From NCBI GenBank assembly GCA_040376605.1, contig JBEIQI010000002.1, positions 1-53,101 on the forward strand: 53,101 nt of DNA, in the 5' to 3' direction. This document shows positions 18,706 to 26,531 of the stretch, in pieces. Position 1 is the first letter of the stretch. Every line of letters begins with the position of its first letter. The notes below the pieces were generated by a model. It did not search any database, had not been told where the DNA came from, and worked only from the letters and a program-made list of their open reading frames with translations. This DNA comes from Flavobacteriales bacterium. Its GTDB lineage: Bacteria; Bacteroidota; Bacteroidia; CAIKAF01. A program made the translations under genes and the position numbers.

Positions 18706-21357
18706 TTAAACTCTGTCAACAGACACAGCATTTTGATTTTCGTTTACAGTAATCTTACCTTTTGTATTTCTATAGATGAAATAGTATTTACTAAATCCAT
18801 CATAAGGTTGAGGAGCAGCAAAGATTGGAATGAAGTTATGATCCTTGCAAAATTTAACCAATTCCGGACGGTTTTGCTCATCTATTGTTCCGACCTCATC
18901 GATAAACAAGGCGATTTTGTTTTTAGTATCATTAATGGCCAATCGATTAATAATACTCATTACAATCACCAAACGAATCATTCTATCCGTTCCATCAGAT
19001 TCAACTTGATTTTTCAAATCCACTTTTTTCAAATGTCCCTTTAACATTAAGTGAAGTTCAATATCAAAGATCTCATCAAAGTCAATTTTTTTACCGCTAT
19101 CTAAATATTTATTGAGGGTTTCCAATTGTTCACGATGTTCTCCGCTATCGAAGTTGAATTGACTTCTTAAATCCTGTATTGAGGAAATTTTAATTAAATC
19201 ATCCATGATTCGCTTATTCTCAACCAATTCAATTTTTAATGAATCAATGTCGGAAATTTTGGTGGTTGCCAGTTTCTGATTGAAACGTGAATAAACAAAT
19301 TCTTTAAACTCGTTATATCTGCGAATTAAATTGAATGCAGGATTAGCAAACTGTGTAGAGATACTTTGTAATAAACCTTCGATTGATTTTTCTTTATCTT
19401 CTAAACAAGCGATTTCGTCTTCAATAAATTTAATGAACTGCTCTTCGTCGGCCAATCCACTGTTCATTTTATATCGCAGACTATCGAACATTCTATCCTT
19501 ATTATATTTAAGGGTTTCCCGGTCCTCCGAATGTAAAATGAGTTTTTGGTAAATAACTTCTAAACTTTCACTTGATTCATTTTCAATAGCGTCCAAACCA
19601 AAGGTTTCTACTTGCACCTTTTGTCTTCTTAACTCTTCGATACGAGCATCCAATTTATTTTTCTCTTCTTTGCTTTGTTGCAATAAGTTGGTTTTTTCGA
19701 ATATTGATCTGGTAAGACCTATTAATTCGCGTTCAAGTCTTTCACGTTCTGCAATCAAGTCGTTGAGTTCAGCATTTTGTTGAGCTAATTTCTTTTCAAC
19801 TTTTGGCAAACCATCTATCAAACGAATTTTTTCATGGATTTCCGCAATGTTTCTTTGAATGCCATGCAATTCTTCTACGGTTTGCTCTAGATGATTGGCA
19901 GCTTCGAGTAATTTCTCAGTATCCTGTTTATCATTCTTTAAAAGCTGCAGTTGCTCTTTTAATTCTTCTAAAGAAGGAAGCTCCTTTAGTTCAAAGTTCT
20001 TAGGTAGATTGATTTCTCCATCAAAGATTTGAATTTTATTGGAGGTCTTGGTGATTTTCTTTTTGATCAAATCGGCACTTTGTCCGGCAAAATCCTCCGA
20101 AAGAATCGTATATAATAATTTCTTATCAGCTTGTTTATCTGTTAAATTATGAATTAGTTGGTTGTTGAAATTATTAACCTGATTTTCAACTCTTCCTAAA
20201 TCATGGTTGATTTTTTCTAATTTGGATTCTAGTTGCTTGGCAGAAATTTTCTGGGATTCTAATCGTGTTAAACGAACTTCAATTTCTTTTCTGGTAATGT
20301 TTAAGTTCTCTAAACTCTCTTGTAAAAAATCTTTACCCTCAAATGCTTTTACCTCATCTACTTGTTTTTGCAGTTCATGGGTTGATTTCATTAAAGTTTC
20401 AGCAAGGGCTGTCTTGGCGCCGATTTGCTGATTTAATGTCTGCTTTTTGGGTTCTAATTCTTCGTTGATTTCAGTTTGTAAGGAAATAATATCCTTCTCT
20501 TTCTGAATGATTCGATGGTTAAGTTCGGGCAGAGTAACTGAATAGTTATTGTTAAAGGAATAAATCAATTCAGCTACAATTTTTGTTTTTGCATTGTATT
20601 GATTCACAATTTCACGGAAATTTTCAAAATCACCCTGAATGGTTCTTATTACTTTAATCTCATCATTGATTCTTAAAAGATCCGTGATGTCTTTTTTGTT
20701 TTTTTGCGAAAAACTCAGTTTTTCATTCTCTCTATTATCAGCAATAATTAAGGCATCTTTCAACGATTTATTGGTAATCAATTTGGAGTTGATTAAATAC
20801 CTGTAAACTTTACTGAAATTGTTGTTTAGGCCATCACTTTTAACGGTATCCTCTAACCATACAGCGGCATTACTTTCTGTACCTCTTTGATACAAGAAAT
20901 TAAAATATTCCGATTTGCTTTTGAATTGATATAGTTCTAATCCCTCTTTAGAAACAATATCAGCAATTTCTTCAAATTTTCTGATTTTTTGCTGTTTCTC
21001 TACTTTCTCAAAGAAATATTCCTCTCTAAATTCACAATTCAATCGATAATATTCAAGTTCACCTTCAATATCACGTTTCACAATGATGCAATAGGGAGTA
21101 AATTTTCCACATTCAAAAATGATATAACTCTGGTTTACCGTAGGGAAATAATGATGAATGGTTTCCTTATCTCCTTTACGATTACCCGAAAATGACATTC
21201 GGCTTCCATCTACGATGAATAAAAAGTTAAGGGCATATATTAAGGTGGATTTACCAATATTGTTGGGTCCTACCAGTTGGATGGAATCACAATCATCCAA
21301 AAGCATTTCGGCTTTTGAGTAAATGCTTGAATTTAAGATCACTAATCGTTGTAGCAT
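18706..21357 (-). CDS. MukB/MksB/JetC-family SMC-like ABC ATPase with short coiled-coil arms
   Basis: 883 aa. Walker A GPNNIGKST at residues 30-38, about 500 aa of heptad-rich E/K/L/Q sequence, then a C-terminal head with ESDGTDRM (signature-like) and Walker B ALFIDEVG. Confidence 0.75.
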   Translation of the reverse strand: MLQRLVILNSSIYSKAEMLLDDCDSIQLVGPNNIGKSTLIYALNFLFIVDGSRMSFSGNRKGDKETIHHYFPTVNQSYIIFECGKFTPYCIIVKRDIEGELEYYRLNCEFREEYFFEKVEKQQKIRKFEEIADIVSKEGLELYQFKSKSEYFNFLYQRGTESNAAVWLEDTVKSDGLNNNFSKVYRYLINSKLITNKSLKDALIIADNRENEKLSFSQKNKKDITDLLRINDEIKVIRTIQGDFENFREIVNQYNAKTKIVAELIYSFNNNYSVTLPELNHRIIQKEKDIISLQTEINEELEPKKQTLNQQIGAKTALAETLMKSTHELQKQVDEVKAFEGKDFLQESLENLNITRKEIEVRLTRLESQKISAKQLESKLEKINHDLGRVENQVNNFNNQLIHNLTDKQADKKLLYTILSEDFAGQSADLIKKKITKTSNKIQIFDGEINLPKNFELKELPSLEELKEQLQLLKNDKQDTEKLLEAANHLEQTVEELHGIQRNIAEIHEKIRLIDGLPKVEKKLAQQNAELNDLIAERERLERELIGLTRSIFEKTNLLQQSKEEKNKLDARIEELRRQKVQVETFGLDAIENESSESLEVIYQKLILHSEDRETLKYNKDRMFDSLRYKMNSGLADEEQFIKFIEDEIACLEDKEKSIEGLLQSISTQFANPAFNLIRRYNEFKEFVYSRFNQKLATTKISDIDSLKIELVENKRIMDDLIKISSIQDLRSQFNFDSGEHREQLETLNKYLDSGKKIDFDEIFDIELHLMLKGHLKKVDLKNQVESDGTDRMIRLVIVMSIINRLAINDTKNKIALFIDEVGTIDEQNRPELVKFCKDHNFIPIFAAPQPYDGFSKYYFIYRNTKGKITVNENQNAVSVDRV

Positions 21358-21377
21358 GGTTCAAAATATTTAACTCT

Positions 21378-21385
21378 CAAAAATA
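21378..21385 (-). promoter_or_regulatory. Bacteroidota -7 box (TAnnTTTG) for the SMC-like operon
   Basis: The minus strand reads TATTTTTG, ending 20 nt upstream of the ATG at 21357. Confidence 0.4.
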
Positions 21386-21452
21386 AGAGAAGAGCCCGTC
21401 TAAATGAATACTCAGGAGGTGTATAGCCTATTAAACCATCAACATTTTGCTA

Positions 21453-21469
21453 ACAAATTGAGAATTTGT
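21453..21469. promoter_or_regulatory. Perfect 7-3-7 palindrome, candidate operator in the divergent control region
   Basis: ACAAATT-GAG-AATTTGT is centred at 21461, essentially the midpoint of the 205-bp gap between the divergent ATGs (21357 and 21563). It is nested in a second inverted repeat CTAACAAA (21450-21457) / TTTGTTAG (21476-21483). Confidence 0.45.
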
Positions 21470-21562
21470 CAATACTTTGTTAGTAAGTGGACTTGTGGAT
21501 AAGGATGAAATTTATTAATGTAATTCGTTCAGTACACTTTCATTATTGTATATTGGTGCTTC

Positions 21563-23977
21563 ATGCATCCGACAATAAAATTAGCAAGTGATTGGTTCAA
21601 GACTTTAGGGTGGCAACCACAGGATTTTCAATTGGCCTCCTGGCAAGCTTTTGTGGATGGTAAAAATGGTATTGTAAATGCCCCCACCGGTAGTGGAAAA
21701 ACCTATTCCATCTTACTTCCGGTCATTTTGCAATCTCTGAATGATCCAGGAAATGGGATACGAATTATTTGGATTACTCCCATAAGAGCTTTAGCCAAGG
21801 AAATTAAAATATCCGCAGACAAAGCGTTATTGGGACTGGGTGTTGATTGGGGAGTTTCAATTCGTACCGGAGATACAAGTATTTCGGATCGAAAAAAACA
21901 GAATAAAAAGCCACCTGAAATTTTAATTACTACACCCGAAAGTTTACATATTTTGTTAGCAACCAAGGGGTATGCTAACCTATTTGCGAATTTAAAATGT
22001 TTGGTCGCTGATGAATGGCACGAACTCATGGGTTCCAAAAGAGGTGTTCAGGTTGAATTGGCTTTAAGTCGACTAAAAGGTCTTCAAGAATCATTAAAAA
22101 TATGGGGAATTTCTGCCACCATTGGTAATTTGGATCAGGCGATGGATGTACTTTTGGGGGCCGATTCTGCAAATGGAGTACTCATTCGTTCATCCATTAA
22201 AAAGGTACCTTTGGTAGAAACTATTGTGCCTGATGATCTTGAAAAATTTCCATGGGGAGGGCATCTGGGAACCAAATTATTAGATAAAATTTTACCAGTA
22301 TTACATCAAAGTAAAACCACTTTAATTTTTACGAATACCAGATCTCAATGTGAGAATTGGTATCGTAAGATTTTGGAGGCTGATCCGGACATGTCTGGTT
22401 TGATTGCTATGCACCATGGAAGCATCTCTCAGGAAATTAGAAATTGGGTAGAGGAACAGTTATATATAGGAAAGTTGAAGGCGGTCGTTTGTACTTCTAG
22501 TTTAGATTTAGGGGTGGATTTTCGACCTGTTGAAACCATTATACAAATTGGTGGTCCTAAGGGGATTTCCCGCTTTTTGCAACGTGCAGGTAGAAGTGGT
22601 CATAGACCTGGTGAAATCAGTAAAATTTATTTTGTTCCTACACATAGTTTGGAAATTGCAGAAGGAGCCGCTTTAAGATCTGCTATTGAGCAAGAAATTA
22701 TGGAAGATAGAATCCCATATATAAGGTCGTTTGATGTTTTGGTTCAGTATTTAATCACTTTGGCTGTTTCTGACGGATTTGAACCTAAATCTGCATTAAA
22801 GGAGATTAAATCAACCCATTCCTTCGCATCTATATCGGATGATGAGTTTGAAGAGGTATTGCAATTTATTACTACAGGAGGTACTTCCCTTCATGCCTAC
22901 GACGAATATCATAAGGTGGTTTTTGAAAATGGTAAAATTAAAGTGAATGACATACGAATTGCCAGGCGTCATAGACTATCTATTGGAACTATCGTAAGTG
23001 ATGTGATGATCAAGGTAAAGTTAATGGGAGGGCGAAATATCGGTTCCATTGAAGAAAGCTTTATCGGCCGACTAAATCCTGGTGACGTATTTGGGTTAGC
23101 TGGTTTAACGTTGGAGTTGCAAAAAATAGAAGGAATGACGGCGTATGTCCGTAAATCCCCCAACAAAAAAGGAATGATTCCAAGCTGGGGAGGAGGAAGA
23201 TTACCTCTGAGTGCTCAACTGGGAGATGTTTTACGGCAGGAAATATATTCAGCTTATGGTAAAAGTAAACATCCTGAAATACAAGCATTAATGCCATTGT
23301 TTAATCTGCAAAGGAGTAGAAGTATTTTGCCTAGTGAAAATGAGTTTTTGATAGAAAAGTTTAGAACGGATGAAGGGGTGCATGTATTGTGTTATCCATT
23401 TGAAGGTCGTTTTGTACATGAAGGAATGGCTGCTCTATTAGCCCATCGTTTGGGTCATATTGGGAAATTTACATTTTCCATTGCAATGAATGATTATGGT
23501 TTCGAATTATTATCTGATCAGGATATCCCAATTGAATTGGCTGTTGATACAGATATATTTTCAAACGAGCATTTGATGCTGGATATTCAGGCCAGCATTA
23601 ACAGTAATGAAATGGCTAAACGTAAGTTTAGGGATATAGCAACCATTGGGGGATTGGTGTTTACAGGTTATCCGGGAAGTCAAAAGGCTGATAGACATCT
23701 TCAGTCAAGCAGTCAACTATTTTTTGATGTATTTATGGAGCAAGAGCCGAATCATTTATTATTGCGGCAGGCTTTTGAAGAAGTTTTTGAATTTCAGTTA
23801 GATCAACAGCGTATGAAAAATGCGTTGGACAGAATCCAAAGCCAAAAAATTATTATTAAATATCCTGATAAGCCTACTCCATTTGCTTATCCAATTATGG
23901 CCGAAAGAATTAGAGAAAGTTATAGTAACGAAAGCCTGGAAGATAGGGTAAGAAAAATGTTGTTACAGTTTGAATAA
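21563..23977 (+). CDS. Lhr-type DEXH-box helicase (ligase-associated DNA damage response helicase family)
   Basis: 804 aa with motif I NAPTGSGKT, motif II DEWH, III SAT, VI QRAGRSGH, and a long C-terminal DEAD-associated-like region. Confidence 0.8.
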   Translation: MHPTIKLASDWFKTLGWQPQDFQLASWQAFVDGKNGIVNAPTGSGKTYSILLPVILQSLNDPGNGIRIIWITPIRALAKEIKISADKALLGLGVDWGVSIRTGDTSISDRKKQNKKPPEILITTPESLHILLATKGYANLFANLKCLVADEWHELMGSKRGVQVELALSRLKGLQESLKIWGISATIGNLDQAMDVLLGADSANGVLIRSSIKKVPLVETIVPDDLEKFPWGGHLGTKLLDKILPVLHQSKTTLIFTNTRSQCENWYRKILEADPDMSGLIAMHHGSISQEIRNWVEEQLYIGKLKAVVCTSSLDLGVDFRPVETIIQIGGPKGISRFLQRAGRSGHRPGEISKIYFVPTHSLEIAEGAALRSAIEQEIMEDRIPYIRSFDVLVQYLITLAVSDGFEPKSALKEIKSTHSFASISDDEFEEVLQFITTGGTSLHAYDEYHKVVFENGKIKVNDIRIARRHRLSIGTIVSDVMIKVKLMGGRNIGSIEESFIGRLNPGDVFGLAGLTLELQKIEGMTAYVRKSPNKKGMIPSWGGGRLPLSAQLGDVLRQEIYSAYGKSKHPEIQALMPLFNLQRSRSILPSENEFLIEKFRTDEGVHVLCYPFEGRFVHEGMAALLAHRLGHIGKFTFSIAMNDYGFELLSDQDIPIELAVDTDIFSNEHLMLDIQASINSNEMAKRKFRDIATIGGLVFTGYPGSQKADRHLQSSSQLFFDVFMEQEPNHLLLRQAFEEVFEFQLDQQRMKNALDRIQSQKIIIKYPDKPTPFAYPIMAERIRESYSNESLEDRVRKMLLQFE

Positions 23978-24018
23978 TCGTTTAATATTATCTTTACCTT
24001 CGAACATATTTAATTATT

Positions 24019-24900
24019 ATGAATATTCAGCATTGGTTTGAGGAAAATCGGGAGTTTTTTTGGGTAATTGGTCGCATTGCTGTTGTTATTGGTTCTGCAA
24101 TTATTCTTAACTTTTTTGTAAGATATTTTGTTACCAGTTATTTTAAAAGAGAATCTCCTCGAATAAATGTTGATCCTACTACCTATAGTTTTGTAAAAAA
24201 TGCCTTTACCTTTTTAGTAGTAGTTGTTACCAGTATATCCGTTATCTATATGATTCCGGCCTTTAAACAAATTGCAGTGACCTTGTTTGCTGGTGCTGGC
24301 ATTGTAGCGGCAATTGTGGGATTTGCTTCACAAGCCGCTTTTTCAAATATTGTAAATGGTATTTTTCTAGTGATTTTTAAACCTTTTAGAATTGGGGATC
24401 TTATTGAGATTGGAACGAAACAGGAATATACGGGTCGAGTGGAGGACATTACCTTAAGACATACAATTATTAAGAATTTCGAGAATAAGCGAGTGATTGT
24501 TCCTAATTCGGTGATCAGTAATGAAATTATCACTAATAGAAGTATTGTTGATGAAAAAGTGATAAGGTATTTGGATATACTTATCAGTTTTGATGCAAAT
24601 GTTGACAAGGCTATTTCCATAATTCAGGAGGAATGTGAAAAACATCCAATTTTTATTGACTCCCGAACTCCTGAAGCCAAGGCGGCCAATGAAGATGTGG
24701 TGGAAGTAAGGGTTATGCGTTTTGCTGAATATGGGATTCAGTTAAGGGCTTATGTTTGTGGTGAAAATTCACCTGAATCCTTTGTCCTCGTTACGGATCT
24801 TTATAAGATTATTAAGAAACGATTTGATCAGGAGGGTATCGAAATTCCGTTGCCTTATATGAATGTGATAATTAAAAATCCATCTGGCAAACAACCATGA
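24019..24900 (+). CDS. MscS-family mechanosensitive ion channel
   Basis: 293 aa with three N-terminal TM helices, followed by FKPFRIGDLIEIG...GRVEDITLRHT...VIVPNSVISNEIITN, which is typical of MscS beta-domains. Confidence 0.8.
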   Translation: MNIQHWFEENREFFWVIGRIAVVIGSAIILNFFVRYFVTSYFKRESPRINVDPTTYSFVKNAFTFLVVVVTSISVIYMIPAFKQIAVTLFAGAGIVAAIVGFASQAAFSNIVNGIFLVIFKPFRIGDLIEIGTKQEYTGRVEDITLRHTIIKNFENKRVIVPNSVISNEIITNRSIVDEKVIRYLDILISFDANVDKAISIIQEECEKHPIFIDSRTPEAKAANEDVVEVRVMRFAEYGIQLRAYVCGENSPESFVLVTDLYKIIKKRFDQEGIEIPLPYMNVIIKNPSGKQP

Positions 24901-26009
24901 GAGGTGAAAAAAAGAATTACATTTTCCGAAAGGAGAAACCGGAACGCAAGCATGTGATAAAAACGGGGCAACCCCCTGGAGCATTGCATTATACGGGTGA
25001 TAAAAAGGATACAAAACCTTTAATAACAGCTATTCAGTACAAAGAGGATCGTGTTGTAGAACATACAGCAGAGTCCCTAATCGAACTTAAAGATAAACTC
25101 GAATCCGGTTATACAACTTGGATTAATATCGACGGTGTTCACGATTCGAGAATTATTAACGACTGTGGTTCAAATTTCCAAATCGAAAATTTATCCATGG
25201 AGGATATTATGAATGTGGAAAGTCGGCCAAAGTTTGAAGAATTCGAAGATTATATTTTCATCATTATTAAGGATATGCATTGTACCTCAGATGGTGATTT
25301 TGGAATGGAGCAAATTAGTATGGTGGTGAAGGAAAATTTATTAATAACTTTTCAGGAAGAAGTTGGGGATGTTTTTGATGGAATTAGAGGACGTATTAGA
25401 GGAGGCACATCTAAAATTAGATCGCGGGGAATTGATTATTTAGTCTATGCCTTAATAGATGCTATTATCGACAATTATATTGTAATTACTGAAACATTTG
25501 ACCATTATTTGGATGATCTAGAGGATACTTTATATGGGTCTACACATAGGAGTCAATTGAACCAAATTAAGGATGCCAAAAAACATTATAATACCTTAAA
25601 ACGCATTGTGCATCCTATGAAAGATGTGGTTTATAATATGTATCGTACCGAGCATAAACTTGTTACCAAACGAACACATATGTATACAAGGGATTTGTAT
25701 GATCATGTGACAAGTATTGATGATACTATTTCTCAATCGCGGGATAAGGTATATGGTTTAATGGGGATTTATCAATCGGGTACCAACAATACCATGAATA
25801 CCATCATGAAAACCTTAACGATTGTTTCTGCCATATTTATGGCACTTTCACTTATTGCGGGTATATATGGGATGAACTTTAATACCGATGCTTCAAAATT
25901 TAATATGCCGGAACTAAATTGGATGTATGGGTATCCAGCGGCTTTAGGTTTAATGGCGGTTACTGCTATTGGACTTATTATTTACTTTAGGTTTAAGAAA
26001 TGGCTTTAA
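24897..26009 (+). CDS. corA: CorA-family Mg2+/Co2+ transporter
   Basis: 370 aa with two C-terminal TM helices carrying the YGMNF signature. The start overlaps the MscS stop (ATGA at 24897-24900). Confidence 0.85.
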   Translation: MRGEKKNYIFRKEKPERKHVIKTGQPPGALHYTGDKKDTKPLITAIQYKEDRVVEHTAESLIELKDKLESGYTTWINIDGVHDSRIINDCGSNFQIENLSMEDIMNVESRPKFEEFEDYIFIIIKDMHCTSDGDFGMEQISMVVKENLLITFQEEVGDVFDGIRGRIRGGTSKIRSRGIDYLVYALIDAIIDNYIVITETFDHYLDDLEDTLYGSTHRSQLNQIKDAKKHYNTLKRIVHPMKDVVYNMYRTEHKLVTKRTHMYTRDLYDHVTSIDDTISQSRDKVYGLMGIYQSGTNNTMNTIMKTLTIVSAIFMALSLIAGIYGMNFNTDASKFNMPELNWMYGYPAALGLMAVTAIGLIIYFRFKKWL

Positions 26010-26470
26010 ATAGCTAATAAATATACGCAACATAATTCTATGGTTCCGGATCTCTTTTCTTTTTAAGATTAATCTAGAAGGAATGCGGTTAAACTTTCAA
26101 GTTGAACTAATATTTAACTGTCTGGGGATTCAAAAAACAATCATTTAGTGTTTAGAATGGCAGGGTCTTGTTTTGTAATCTGCCATACTGAAGTGTATCG
26201 GATAGAAAAAAGAGCGTCCCGGGTTTTTAATACTTGGGTTTTGTCGGGTCAGCCGCGAATTGTTTGCTAAAGAGAGGCCGTTTCATGGAACATGATTTTT
26301 GGAACTAAATCGATTATTCATTAGTGAATACCTAATATTGGTGAGGGTTCTGGCCATTTTTAGGTATGCGTTAATTTCGTGGAACATAAATTTTCTTATT
26401 TAGAATCATTTTAAATAAGCAAAGTCCTTCATTTTTTTGGCTGTACGCATACGAAATATGGATGATTGTA

Positions 26471-26478
26471 TAATTTTG
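26471..26478 (+). promoter_or_regulatory. Bacteroidota -7 box (TAnnTTTG) upstream of the ACIII operon
   Basis: TAATTTTG lies 53 nt upstream of the actA ATG. I found no convincing -33 TTG at canonical spacing. Confidence 0.3.
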
Positions 26479-26531
26479 CACACTGAAAACTTGACCATAT
26501 TTTAACAAGTTTCAACAATTGGAAAATTTCT

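Noticed and set aside
26157-26186. 7-bp hairpin ATGGCAG-N16-CTGCCAT downstream of corA, considered as a terminator.
   Set aside because: It has a large loop and no U-tract, and it lies about 150 nt past the corA stop. That is not convincing for an intrinsic terminator. I mention it only within the long-leader finding.
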